Made by a program: the position numbers and the translations under genes. A DNA stretch of 64,000 nt, taken from positions 62,001 to 126,000 of IMG/VR virus record IMGVR_UViG_3300042934_000980; one strand, given 5' to 3'. Every line of letters starts with the position of its first letter. The stretch's first letter is position 1. This document shows, piece after piece, positions 54,602 to 64,000 of this stretch. Below the pieces are notes generated by a model that was given only the letters and a program-made list of their open reading frames with translations, searched no databases and was not told where the DNA came from.

Positions 54602-55483
54602 TTACTTAACGTCGATGCCGTCGTTGAAATCCAAAGCCATTGGCTTCTCACCGGCTTGCGCCGCTTCCAGGACCGGCTTGATCAGCGGGGTCTTTTCGAT
54701 GTTGGTGTCCCGGAACTCCAACTCCAGCGGTTGCACCAGTTGACGACCGTCCGACACCAGACCTTGGCTGACGTTGTGCGCCACGCGGTGCTCGGCGTTG
54801 ACTTCAACGATCGGTTGCAGCAGCTCGAAGGTGTCCCAGTGGTTGCTGACAGGGCCGGTGAAGACTTCGAAGTGCTTGGACGCGTGGTAGATGTGCGCGG
54901 TGTAGAACTCAGGGGTGAAGCCACCCTCTTGCAACAGTTCGCTCATCACCCGCACCTGGTCGAAGTACATTTCGTGCGCAGGGGTGCCTTGTACCGACAG
55001 GTCGAACTGGCCGGAGAGGTAGTTGACCAGCAGTTGAGCCCGTTTGACTACATCAGTGGACAGCGAGAAACGCAGCAGGGTTTCGTCGTAACCCATCAGG
55101 CGGCCGGCAATGAGCATGAACAGCTCTTCGTTGGTGCGGAACTCGGTGGCGGCGATACGGTTGCTGATGGCCACGTTGGTGGCGTTTTCGCTGGCAATGG
55201 TGTCTTTGGTCCAGGCTGTCAGGTGCCCGCCTTGGGAGATCATGTGCACGTTGATCAGCTTGGAGATGTAGATGCGAATGGCATCGGACTTCTGCGCGCT
55301 GGTGAACACCCCTTGGATCAGGTGCGTGCCGGTGTCCAGGTCGGTGGAACGAGCCCACTCTTCGTCTGAAACCTTGTACAGCGCCTGGATCAAGGTGGCA
55401 CCACTGACCACTTCGCGCATGCGGGTGATGAAGGTAGTGTAGTCCAGGAACAGGTTCAGGTTAGGCTGGTGTGCGGTGGTCAT
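54602..55483 (-). CDS. Conserved hypothetical protein (position of phiKZ gp174)
   Basis: 293 aa, SD AGGAG, strong codon bias. Confidence 0.6.
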   Translation of the reverse strand: MTTAHQPNLNLFLDYTTFITRMREVVSGATLIQALYKVSDEEWARSTDLDTGTHLIQGVFTSAQKSDAIRIYISKLINVHMISQGGHLTAWTKDTIASENATNVAISNRIAATEFRTNEELFMLIAGRLMGYDETLLRFSLSTDVVKRAQLLVNYLSGQFDLSVQGTPAHEMYFDQVRVMSELLQEGGFTPEFYTAHIYHASKHFEVFTGPVSNHWDTFELLQPIVEVNAEHRVAHNVSQGLVSDGRQLVQPLELEFRDTNIEKTPLIKPVLEAAQAGEKPMALDFNDGIDVK

Positions 55484-55600
55484 TGTACATCTCCTAGGAA
55501 AAATTAACCCCGTCGGGCAATAAGAAGCACTTCAGGTACATAAAAATAGAAAGCCTAAGACCAGTGGGTTGCCCCACCGGTCCTAGGTCTCTTAAAGGTA

Positions 55601-56449
55601 TTACCGGAACACGTCGAGCGAGTTGCTGCTAACCAGACGAATTGGCGCGCTGCGCTGCATCTTCATCAGCACGCCCATCATCTCGTTAACACGGTTGAAG
55701 CTTTCAGTGCCTTCAAAACGCGCCATGATAGCGTCGTTCTTAAAGCCCTTGTCCACGGCATGGATCAACTCATCCAGCGTGGTGGTCATCTCGTTGAAGC
55801 CATCGTTGATAGCCCCGTCCAGATAACTTTCCAGGCCCGCTGAGAGGTGCTTGCACGCCCGCATCACACCTTGTTCGACCACGACGTCGTAGGTGGAAAG
55901 GTATTCCACCTCGCGCACCATGTCGCCCATTTTCTGCGGTTTGGTAACCGAGCGCAGGGAGATGGCAAAGTTGATGTCCGGATTGGCCAGCGCATCTGCC
56001 GTCCAGGCCTTGTGCTCACCGAAAGGGGTCAGCTCCACTTCGTTGTGCACAGGGTCCTTATCACCGCCGGTCATGGTCCAGTGGATCTTGCGTATGTGCG
56101 CACACACGTTCGGCATCATGATCGTGCGCAAGCGGTTGATCCACTCAAACAGTTCGGTGATCGGCGTACGCACCACCACCCCGTTGACCCGCTCGAAGTA
56201 AAACTGCGGCGGGTGACCCAGCTCGCAGAACACTTGGCCTTCACTGACGCGGCGGTTCAGGTCGCTGTCAGGGGACATGCACTCTTTGAGGTAGTTGTTG
56301 AAGCTGTAGACCACACCACCCCGGTTAGGGATGTTGAAGCCGCCCGCGTTCATGCGGGTATAGCCTGAGCCGTCGCTCATGGGTTTGAGAATGCCACGCT
56401 TGCCGCTGCCGGCCAGGATGGTGTTCCCGAAGGTAATGACCTGAGTCAT
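55601..56449 (-). CDS. Prohead (head maturation) serine protease (phiKZ gp175-like)
   Basis: ELGHP (His), ISLRS (Ser), TYDVV (Asp). Confidence 0.85.
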   Translation of the reverse strand: MTQVITFGNTILAGSGKRGILKPMSDGSGYTRMNAGGFNIPNRGGVVYSFNNYLKECMSPDSDLNRRVSEGQVFCELGHPPQFYFERVNGVVVRTPITELFEWINRLRTIMMPNVCAHIRKIHWTMTGGDKDPVHNEVELTPFGEHKAWTADALANPDINFAISLRSVTKPQKMGDMVREVEYLSTYDVVVEQGVMRACKHLSAGLESYLDGAINDGFNEMTTTLDELIHAVDKGFKNDAIMARFEGTESFNRVNEMMGVLMKMQRSAPIRLVSSNSLDVFR

Positions 56450-57171
56450 CGTGGAACTCCTTTAATGATCTCTTCAAGATCCGTGACTTTGGTGTCGGGG
56501 TTGACGATGGCCGCCAAGGTGTTGTCTTGCAGATAGCCACCGAGCAATTTAGGGAACGTGCCGTCAATCAACATCGAGGTGTTGTTTAACCCCACGATCA
56601 ACGGGGGTCGCCCTTCCAGCATGGCTTTGCTGTGCCGGTAGGCGACGTCCGGGTTTTCAGGATCACGGAACTGCAACGAGTTGAAGACCCGCATCACCTG
56701 AGGACTGCTCCCCACTTTACCGCCACACTCGTATTGCGCGTAGTCATAAAGGGAAGTCAGGTCGTCCTTGTTCATGTACCACGGCAGCTTTGCGTACAGG
56801 TTGAACTCCAGGTAGTACGCATGGGGTTTGTTGGGGTCTTGGAGCACATCCAGGTTCTCAATGAGGGTATCCCCCTTTTCAAACCCCAGCACCAAGTACT
56901 GCACCCCTTTAATGGCCACTTCCCGGATGCTCAATGGCACCAAGGTAATGTCCATCATGGCCAACAGGGGAGCGTAACACTCCCCAGGAATGACCAACCC
57001 CAGTACAGCCGACGTCCACACCTTCTCCCCCACCGTGGCCATCCCGTTTTCCACAAACCGTTTAGGCAAGTGGACCTCAAGAGGACCATTGGCAACCACC
57101 GAGTTGTCCTCAAGGACCGTGTAGGCTTTGTGGATACGTGCGGAGTTCCTGATCAGTTGGCCAACTTCCAT
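56446..57171 (-). CDS. Conserved protein (phiKZ gp176-like)
   Basis: 241 aa; KLPWYM and KLLGGYL motifs; synteny. Confidence 0.65.
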   Translation of the reverse strand: MEVGQLIRNSARIHKAYTVLEDNSVVANGPLEVHLPKRFVENGMATVGEKVWTSAVLGLVIPGECYAPLLAMMDITLVPLSIREVAIKGVQYLVLGFEKGDTLIENLDVLQDPNKPHAYYLEFNLYAKLPWYMNKDDLTSLYDYAQYECGGKVGSSPQVMRVFNSLQFRDPENPDVAYRHSKAMLEGRPPLIVGLNNTSMLIDGTFPKLLGGYLQDNTLAAIVNPDTKVTDLEEIIKGVPR

Positions 57172-57174
57172 GCG

Positions 57175-58737
57175 TTAGACCCCCACGCAGTTTCTGACGA
57201 TCAACTTGATCAGCGACACATGCAGGCGCTGACGCTTGTCCACGATGTTGTCGGAACCATCACCGGTGATGAAGGTTTCTTCAACGATCGATGCCGCCAT
57301 GTTGCAGTTCATGGCCCGCAGGAACGTCGGGACCAAGGTGCTCGACAGCAGGGCTTCTTGGATCAACACGCTTGGGCTGACTGGAGAGATCGTGTCGCGG
57401 GTGGTGGAGATGTCCGCTTCATGCTCAGCCTGCATGATGGCCTTGGCCACCGTGTGGTAAGCCTTCTCGTACTCCAGACCCATCTGCTCGTTGAACCAGA
57501 CTTCAGGCAAGCCTTCGGCCGGCACCAGTTGCAGCATGCGGGCTTTGAGCGCTGGGGTTTCGTAGATGTAACGCAGTGCCCGCTCTTGCGCGGTCTTGAC
57601 GAACACCTGTTGCGCCCGCTGGGTCAGCGCGCTGTTGATCGAGTTGTAGTAGGCGTTAGCCCCTTCACGCACCCGGATTGGATCGGACAGCAGTGGTACC
57701 GGTTCCAGCGACCCGCCGTTGAAGCGCGAGTACAGCAGCGCAATCAACCACTCGTTGAAGCTGATCCCGTTCTTTTCCAGCATGGCCAAGGCCTGGTTGG
57801 AGTAGAACACCTGGACATTGCCGGCCATGAAACGAGCACCCGAGTAGTCGGGGTTTTCATGACTGGAGATGGTCACAGGTTCCATCTCGCCGATGGCCAC
57901 CGTGCGGTGCACGTAAGCGTTGGCGATTTGCTTCAGACCGATCAGGTAACGCGTCAGGCCGTTCCACAGGGTGGAGACGTATTCGCGGTAGTCGGTGAGC
58001 GAGCCTTTGACCAACCACTTGACCGGGTCATCGTCGGTGTACATCTTGGTCAACACCACGTACATCTTGAGCAGGCGATTGATCTCCAAGCTCTTGATGG
58101 TGGTGAAGTTGAACAGGTACTGACCGTTGTTGACAAACAGCTGACGCAGGTCGTAGATCTCGCCGATGCCGTTAGTCGCTTCGGTGAGTTCGTAGTCGGT
58201 GGACTTGAGGATCTCCACCACATCAGGGTGCGAGGCGTTGATGTATTCCAGCACTTCAGTGCCGTCTACCCAACGGAACTCCAGCCGCTCTTTGACCGCC
58301 AACGAGACGCTGGTGAAGTCCAAGACGGTGTTCTTCATCTCCACCGGGTACAGCGGGGACTGGAAGAACGGGTCTTCCACGTTGATGAAGTTGTAACGGA
58401 TCTTGCTGAACGCCAGGTGCTTGAGGCGGTCGGGGGTGTAAAGCACCGACAGTTCACCGGCCAAGGTTTTGGCAAACGGCACACCAAAGGTCTTGACCAC
58501 ATCGAACGCCCCACGGATCGCTTCAGCCAGCTTGGTGCTGGTAGCGTCCAAGATTGCACTGTGGGAGTTGTTGGCGGTGACCTGTTCGAGCTCTTGACGA
58601 AACAGCTCGTTGTACTGCGCCGAACCGTGGCTCTGTTCGTTCAGGCCTTGCACCAGCGGTTTGGCTGGGAAGGGGGTGGCTTTGTTCACCGAAATGGCGA
58701 TGGCTTCACCCAAGGCAATGCTTTGACCACGGATCAT
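57175..58737 (-). CDS. Conserved protein (phiKZ gp177-like)
   Basis: 520 aa; synteny. Confidence 0.6.
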   Translation of the reverse strand: MIRGQSIALGEAIAISVNKATPFPAKPLVQGLNEQSHGSAQYNELFRQELEQVTANNSHSAILDATSTKLAEAIRGAFDVVKTFGVPFAKTLAGELSVLYTPDRLKHLAFSKIRYNFINVEDPFFQSPLYPVEMKNTVLDFTSVSLAVKERLEFRWVDGTEVLEYINASHPDVVEILKSTDYELTEATNGIGEIYDLRQLFVNNGQYLFNFTTIKSLEINRLLKMYVVLTKMYTDDDPVKWLVKGSLTDYREYVSTLWNGLTRYLIGLKQIANAYVHRTVAIGEMEPVTISSHENPDYSGARFMAGNVQVFYSNQALAMLEKNGISFNEWLIALLYSRFNGGSLEPVPLLSDPIRVREGANAYYNSINSALTQRAQQVFVKTAQERALRYIYETPALKARMLQLVPAEGLPEVWFNEQMGLEYEKAYHTVAKAIMQAEHEADISTTRDTISPVSPSVLIQEALLSSTLVPTFLRAMNCNMAASIVEETFITGDGSDNIVDKRQRLHVSLIKLIVRNCVGV

Positions 58738-58910
58738 GCTGCACCCCCATTGACCTGAGCCACGATCGCTTTGGAGATCTGCTCTTCCTGCGTGGCGTTA
58801 TCCAGTGGGGCGATGTATTCCAACCCGACCTTGTTGATGGTGGCCTGGACCAGCTCCACCGTGTTGGCGAAGGTGATAGTGTCAGCCACCAGAGTTTCTT
58901 TATTGACCAT
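58734..58910 (-). CDS. Small hypothetical protein
   Basis: MVNKETL..., SD AAGGG, overlapping stop/start with the next gene. Confidence 0.55.
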   Translation of the reverse strand: MVNKETLVADTITFANTVELVQATINKVGLEYIAPLDNATQEEQISKAIVAQVNGGAA

Positions 58911-58933
58911 GATCAAACCCTTTGTTGAAATGT

Positions 58934-59821
58934 TCAGAGAATAACGCGGTTGGCCGTGTCCATCCCCGAGTAGAAGGTGTCGTACAGCCGGGACGAGATT
59001 TCACCCACGGTGATCTTCCCGTCCCTGTCAAAGTCAAAGCCTTTGTTCTGGGTGTAAGCTTTCAGGTGCGCCGAGTTACTGCGATCGAACAACACCTGGT
59101 CCGCTGACATGCCCACCGCTTTGGGGTAAAAGATGGTCAGGTAGAAGTCTTCCAGCTGGTTGTACTCCTTGCCCCACTTGGCCCACAGGTCAAAGTAGGC
59201 AAAGACTAGGTCCAGCTGATCCATCTGGGACATGCGCTTGATTTGGTCAAGCGTAGTCCCTAGGTCCTTAGCAGCACCGGCCATGAACTGAATCAGGCCG
59301 TAGGCTTGAGAGCCTGCCGCGTTTTGAATGTCAGGACGGAATGTACCGGCCGACTCAAAACACATGCAGGCCATCAGCCAATGCACCGCCTCTGGTGGAT
59401 GGCCCCGCATTTTGACCCACGCGCGGATCTTGGCGATAAACGCCTTGGTCACACGCTTGCTCCAGGCTGCGTCGTAGGCTGGGACGTTGTTCTGGGTGAT
59501 GAACGACATGTAAGGCACGTAGACACCGTTGTAGGTGCCGTTGCCATAAATGCCGTCTACTTTACCAGGATACGTTCCAGCGGCCTTGAGCAGGTCCTGA
59601 ACGCGTCCAATGGCCTGATCCACCTCATCCCCGGCAATCGCCGTGTAGGTGGGTGCAGGCATGGGACGGCCCGTGGTGGAGCGGTGGTGAAAGTCCAGCA
59701 TCTGCTGCAAACCTTTCAACGTGCCAGGACCCATCTTGCCGTCAATACTGCCGGCATACAGCGCCGCTTCCTTCGTCATTACCTGGACGGTCCGTAGCCC
59801 GTTGAGGTTTTTGTACTTCAT
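58934..59821 (-). CDS. Modular endolysin, EL188-like (two peptidoglycan-binding repeats plus a lytic transglycosylase-type domain)
   Basis: IDGKMGPGT and VDGIYGNGT PG-binding repeats; WLMACMCFES (catalytic Glu), YGLIQFM, EF-hand-like DFDRDGKIT; no signal peptide. Confidence 0.92.
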   Translation of the reverse strand: MKYKNLNGLRTVQVMTKEAALYAGSIDGKMGPGTLKGLQQMLDFHHRSTTGRPMPAPTYTAIAGDEVDQAIGRVQDLLKAAGTYPGKVDGIYGNGTYNGVYVPYMSFITQNNVPAYDAAWSKRVTKAFIAKIRAWVKMRGHPPEAVHWLMACMCFESAGTFRPDIQNAAGSQAYGLIQFMAGAAKDLGTTLDQIKRMSQMDQLDLVFAYFDLWAKWGKEYNQLEDFYLTIFYPKAVGMSADQVLFDRSNSAHLKAYTQNKGFDFDRDGKITVGEISSRLYDTFYSGMDTANRVIL

Positions 59822-62800
59822 TTGTTGGTACCCCTGTAAATGGCAATGGCTTGGCCAGTAACGGCAATGGTGAGCTCACAGCTGATCAACTTGTTCCGGT
59901 AACTGAGTACCATCCGGTTGAACATCCCTTTCATACTGGATTTGATCAGCACTTCGCGCCCGTCCTCAGTCATGAGTGGCTTGTGCATGATGCTGCCCAC
60001 GGTGCCTTTCATCTGGTTGGCAATCACGTATTTGTCAGCGTTGGTACTGGGGTCCATGGATTCGACGTAGATGGTGATGAACGCCTTGCCCGGAGAGAGC
60101 ATCGGTTTGTTCACGTTAAGCACGGTTGATACCGCACCCTTTTCCACCTCAGAGCCTTCGATACCGGCAAGGCGCTTACGCTTTCTGTCCTGGCTCCCGA
60201 TAAACTTCTCAACGCTTTTGGACATCTGCTCAGGCGTGGCGTTGTAGACCACATCGATGTCGACCACTTTACCGTGGTGATTGGAGCGGATCTGCTTAAT
60301 GCCAATGCGGTTAATGTCCATTGCCAACTCGTTTTCTGTGTAATCGCCCACTAGGTGGGGCTCCTCCACATCGCATAAAATCGAGTCGTAATCAACAGAA
60401 TCACCCACTTTAACCTTAAGGTCGATGTTCCAATCCACATCGATTGCAAAGCGCTTGACCTTGATGAACGGGGTTACCGACTCGTCAGCCAAGGATTTTG
60501 CAATGGCCAAACTGTCCTCGTACACGTCTTGGTCTTCCACCAGCGCAATGCGTGCCATGCGCCCCACTTTCAAGGCCACCTGACCTGGGCAGAACGGGTC
60601 GCGGTCAAACCACTGAACGTCCCAACCCACCACATCACCCTTGCTGAACTTATCCCCCACCTTCAGGTCCGTTACCCGAGTATGACGATGATACTCACCC
60701 GACGCCTCACCGATCTTCAGCCCCAAGGGGTAGGTGTCGGTGGTGCCGTCTTTGTAGGTGATCTTGAGGAACTCATCGCTGACCTCAGTGACCTTACCGT
60801 CTTGCGCCGCCACTTTGCTGTACAGCTCGCTGGTACGGTGCGCCACGATGTTGTCCATCCCGGTGCGCAGGATGTTGGGTACGTAGTTCTGAGCACTGAC
60901 CGCCTGACTGGCCTGAGTCGAGGTAAAGGTACCCCGTTTCGGGTCGTCATGCGCCACGCCGTACATCAGGTTACCAGTGATCGAGGCCAGGCCTGTGTTG
61001 GTCGGCTTTTCGTCCAACGCCAAGTTACCGCGAAAGTCCTTGATGGTCGGGTCAGAGGTGAGGTAGGTCACAAACCCTACTTTACCGCTGTCCTTGTTGG
61101 CTTCCGATACCCGCCCTTTGTAGGTGTCAAGCTGTTGCCGTGCGCGCTTGACCATGGTGATCTCGCTGCGCCCACCGGTGCCACCGAACGTCATCTCCTC
61201 TTGGTCTTTCAACTGGTGAATCGGGTTCACCTCTTCCACCAAGTTCACCGAGGTATCGGTAATGATGTTGAGGATCACCGCTTCAGGGTTGATGTCCAGG
61301 GTGTGCTTGCGCTCACCGCCCTTGTTGCGGTACTGCCGGGTGGACTTGACCAGTTCACGGTACACGTGCCCTGCAAAGCGCTCGTAGCCCACGATCCGCT
61401 GCTCTTCGATCTCCACCTCATGACGAGAGAAGTCGGTCTCCAGCAACTTGACCGCATCGATCAGCAGGTAGTGGAAGTCTTCCGAGTACCCCAGGCGCTT
61501 GAGTTCGTCCTTGGTGATCGGGTCGATGAACAGGTCAAACAGCAGCTTCATTTCCTTGAACTGCTGCGGCCGCACCTTAGGGTCACCCATCAGCGGCACC
61601 CAGATACCCTTCTCGTTCAGATCAGAGCGGCTGAAGTTGCTGATGTTGTTAAGCTTAGGCATGCCCCCAAAGATCAGGCTGGCCAGCTTCTCACGGCGGT
61701 TAAAGATCAGGTACTCATCGTTAAACGCGATGGCGTACTCATCGGGGTCCAGTTTAGGGCGCGTCCCCATGGGCACCGAACGGGTGGTAGCCTTGACCAC
61801 CTTGATCAGCTCGTCGATCCCAAAGTAGTAGCACAGCACCACGCCAATGGGGAACAGGAAACCGCTGATGTTGATGACCGCGTACTCGATCGGGGCTTTG
61901 CTCAAGCTGATCCCCATCAAGCCTTCGACCGTGTTGATCTCCTCGGTGCCCTTGTACAGGTTACCAAAGCTGTCCACCCACAGCGGCTCGCCGTCCTTCA
62001 CCCCCACCAGGAAACTTTCTTTCTTGGTGTACTTCTTAAAGTCGGGGTGTTCTTTGAGCAGCTCATCGATGTTGAAGTTCAAGGTGAGGTCACCCACCTG
62101 GATAAAGCTGAACTTCTTGGCCAGGATGCTGTAGATGCGCGGGGAGACGTAGTCGGGGTTGTACCCAGAACCCAAACTGTAACTGAGGGTTGCCGGTACC
62201 CCGTCTTTGGTTTCCCCACGGGCGCGGATCTGCTTGACCAACCAGAGGGAGTAGTCATCGACCACTTTCTGACTGCGGCTGATCATCAGCTTGCGGTCGT
62301 AGTAGCTGGTCAAGGCCACCTTCACCGGGCTGATCTTGCGGATCGGCAGTTCCATGCGCTGCAGCTGCAAGTGCTGCTTAACCCCGTCCACGGTAAACGT
62401 GGCATCCTTCTGCACCCGTGGCAGGCGAATCTCCGAGGTGCTTTGTGCCCCATTGACCGGATGACGCTGGAACTTGTACACGTCATAACTGCCTTCAACC
62501 CCGTTGACCACCCGGTGTTCCAAGGCCGTCAGACAGATCCCGGCGTTCTGGATCCCGACAAACATACGAGCAATGTCTTTGTGCAGGAACTTCTCAGCGT
62601 ACTCGCGCTTAAGCACTGCAGCGCGGCTGCGCAGCATGCTCTCATCCAACACGGTGATGAAGTTGCCTTCGATCTTACCGTCCAGGCTGTTGAGCTCTTC
62701 AGGGGAGATGGTCATGAACTCGGCCAAGGTTTGACCGTTTTCCATTTCAATCTGCTGATAGCTCATGGCCTTGCGCATGAAGTGCTGCTGCTCGGCGACT

Positions 62801-64000
62801 GTCAAGACGCCGTCACGGGCCCGCTCTTCCAAGGCCAGCTGCACGCCGCTTTCCGGGGTCGGGAAGGCGTTGCGTTTAACCGTGATGTCGGCGGCGGTGG
62901 TTTCAACCTCCAGCAGCTTATCGTCTACGGCGCTGGTCCAATCCCCAGCATCTTCAGGATCAGGTACGTTTGCCGCGTCTCCTTGTCCCGCGTCCAGGTG
63001 TTCGTGATGTCCCGGGTCACCTCGGAGAACATCAGCGAGGCTACCACCAGTGCCAGAATCACCCAGATGCTCAGGCGAGCGAGGAACTTGTCCTTCTTCT
63101 CCGTCACCGGATGCTCGTCTTTGCTTTTGCGCAGCTCCTGTCGATCCTGGAGCCACTTGGCCAGCTTCTTTTTCGTCGCCGGCTTCTCCTCTTCCATCAC
63201 TGCTCTCCTCGGCCAGCTCTTTCTCGGTGGCCACCATACCAGAGAGTGTCATCAAGGCCAGATAAAAACGCTTAGTTACGTTCAGACGTTTGGACGACGA
63301 CATGGGGTGGCTGCCGTCTTTGGGGTTGAGCTCATCAAGCCACTCTTGTAGAGTTTTGACGTTGATCACCAGCGCTTTACTGTTGGCGGTAAAGATCCAG
63401 TGCAAGTCTTCCCGAGCTTGTGGGGTGAGCTTGCCGAATTGACTGTGGGTATAGTCGCCCAGCAAGAAAGCCATCAGGTCCAGCAACCAGTAAGAGTTCT
63501 GTGCCTTGGTTACCCGAATAACCGGGTTAGAAGGAACTGGAAGGCCGTCTTTAAAGCTTCCCACAAACTTTTCATAGTCCACCATCAGGTCGTTGTAGCG
63601 AGGTAGGTTAAGCGGCAGTTCAATACGAACGTACTGCTTGCGTCGGTTGCTACGCTCAGCCTCAACGTTAATCCCCTCGATCAACATGTTGAGGCGGTTG
63701 TAGCTTTGCTCAAACGCCATGAACATGGCAGAGCGCTGCGCCCAGGTCTTTTCGGCCAAGGCGTAGTTCTTCACCACCAACACGTCGGCTTTGTTCCAGA
63801 CGGTGTTGATGTCTTTGGTCCAGTTGTAGGTGTAGTGGCTGGCCCGGTACGCTTGGATGGCTTTACGCGCATCAAAGGTCAGAAGCCGCCCGCTGCCCAA
63901 GACCGGTTGGAACTTGGTCTCAAACTGGATGAAGACATTGTCCGGGCAGTTGGCAATGAACGCCTCAGACGTTGAAGGACCCAAGTCTTCAGCTAACTTG
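59818..64000 (-). CDS. Virion RNA polymerase beta subunit (phiKZ gp178-like); 5' end beyond the window
   Basis: Frame stays open to the edge (...KLAEDLGPSTSE); GGTGGRS, HDDPKR, VYEDS and ADKYVIANQMKGTV beta-subunit motifs. Confidence 0.92.
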   Translation of the reverse strand, partial: KLAEDLGPSTSEAFIANCPDNVFIQFETKFQPVLGSGRLLTFDARKAIQAYRASHYTYNWTKDINTVWNKADVLVVKNYALAEKTWAQRSAMFMAFEQSYNRLNMLIEGINVEAERSNRRKQYVRIELPLNLPRYNDLMVDYEKFVGSFKDGLPVPSNPVIRVTKAQNSYWLLDLMAFLLGDYTHSQFGKLTPQAREDLHWIFTANSKALVINVKTLQEWLDELNPKDGSHPMSSSKRLNVTKRFYLALMTLSGMVATEKELAEESSDGRGEAGDEKEAGQVAPGSTGAAQKQRRASGDGEEGQVPRSPEHLGDSGTGGSLADVLRGDPGHHEHLDAGQGDAANVPDPEDAGDWTSAVDDKLLEVETTAADITVKRNAFPTPESGVQLALEERARDGVLTVAEQQHFMRKAMSYQQIEMENGQTLAEFMTISPEELNSLDGKIEGNFITVLDESMLRSRAAVLKREYAEKFLHKDIARMFVGIQNAGICLTALEHRVVNGVEGSYDVYKFQRHPVNGAQSTSEIRLPRVQKDATFTVDGVKQHLQLQRMELPIRKISPVKVALTSYYDRKLMISRSQKVVDDYSLWLVKQIRARGETKDGVPATLSYSLGSGYNPDYVSPRIYSILAKKFSFIQVGDLTLNFNIDELLKEHPDFKKYTKKESFLVGVKDGEPLWVDSFGNLYKGTEEINTVEGLMGISLSKAPIEYAVINISGFLFPIGVVLCYYFGIDELIKVVKATTRSVPMGTRPKLDPDEYAIAFNDEYLIFNRREKLASLIFGGMPKLNNISNFSRSDLNEKGIWVPLMGDPKVRPQQFKEMKLLFDLFIDPITKDELKRLGYSEDFHYLLIDAVKLLETDFSRHEVEIEEQRIVGYERFAGHVYRELVKSTRQYRNKGGERKHTLDINPEAVILNIITDTSVNLVEEVNPIHQLKDQEEMTFGGTGGRSEITMVKRARQQLDTYKGRVSEANKDSGKVGFVTYLTSDPTIKDFRGNLALDEKPTNTGLASITGNLMYGVAHDDPKRGTFTSTQASQAVSAQNYVPNILRTGMDNIVAHRTSELYSKVAAQDGKVTEVSDEFLKITYKDGTTDTYPLGLKIGEASGEYHRHTRVTDLKVGDKFSKGDVVGWDVQWFDRDPFCPGQVALKVGRMARIALVEDQDVYEDSLAIAKSLADESVTPFIKVKRFAIDVDWNIDLKVKVGDSVDYDSILCDVEEPHLVGDYTENELAMDINRIGIKQIRSNHHGKVVDIDVVYNATPEQMSKSVEKFIGSQDRKRKRLAGIEGSEVEKGAVSTVLNVNKPMLSPGKAFITIYVESMDPSTNADKYVIANQMKGTVGSIMHKPLMTEDGREVLIKSSMKGMFNRMVLSYRNKLISCELTIAVTGQAIAIYRGTNK
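62925..63197 (-). CDS. Nested +1-frame single-pass membrane protein inside vRNAP beta (candidate holin or lysis regulator)
   Basis: SD GAGGAG 7 nt before ATG; genome-typical G/C-ending codons; TM segment LSIWVILALVVASLMF; the host frame is a low-complexity linker exactly over this span. Confidence 0.7.
   Translation of the reverse strand: MEEEKPATKKKLAKWLQDRQELRKSKDEHPVTEKKDKFLARLSIWVILALVVASLMFSEVTRDITNTWTRDKETRQTYLILKMLGIGPAP

Noticed and set aside
63982-63984. TTG at 63984 as the vRNAP beta start
   Set aside because: The frame stays open to position 64000, so the real start probably lies outside the window

Overview
This window is part of a nucleus-forming jumbo myophage genome (Chimalliviridae, phiKZ-related). 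Gene order and the endolysin point most closely to Pseudomonas phage EL/OBP-type phages. Positions 1-31 kb are mostly minus strand and carry the core replication, transcription and phage-nucleus block: an SF2 helicase with an intein (running off the left edge), four non-virion RNA polymerase subunits, PicA-, ChmC- and Imp3-like proteins, an SbcD-like nuclease, chimallin (ChmA), the PolB catalytic subunit and PhuZ tubulin. Positions 31-47 kb hold virion and packaging genes: intein-bearing large terminase, gp26-28-like proteins, tail sheath and tail tube. Positions 47-64 kb hold accessory early genes, thymidylate kinase, a Nudix hydrolase, prohead protease, an EL188-like endolysin and the virion RNAP beta subunit (running off the right edge). 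Seven copies of a virion-RNAP early promoter motif and many terminator hairpins are visible. No tRNA, rRNA or CRISPR array was seen. The most novel signals are: (1) a 90-aa single-pass membrane protein gene fully nested in the +1 frame of the virion RNAP beta gene upstream of the endolysin, a candidate hidden holin or lysis regulator; (2) a catalytically dead thymidylate kinase paralog; (3) two tandem candidate ncRNAs upstream of phuZ and a rod-like palindromic element at the strand switch; (4) tandem paralogous micropeptides; (5) two class 3 inteins with decayed endonucleases. phiKZ/EL ortholog names come from motif recognition and synteny, not from database searches.
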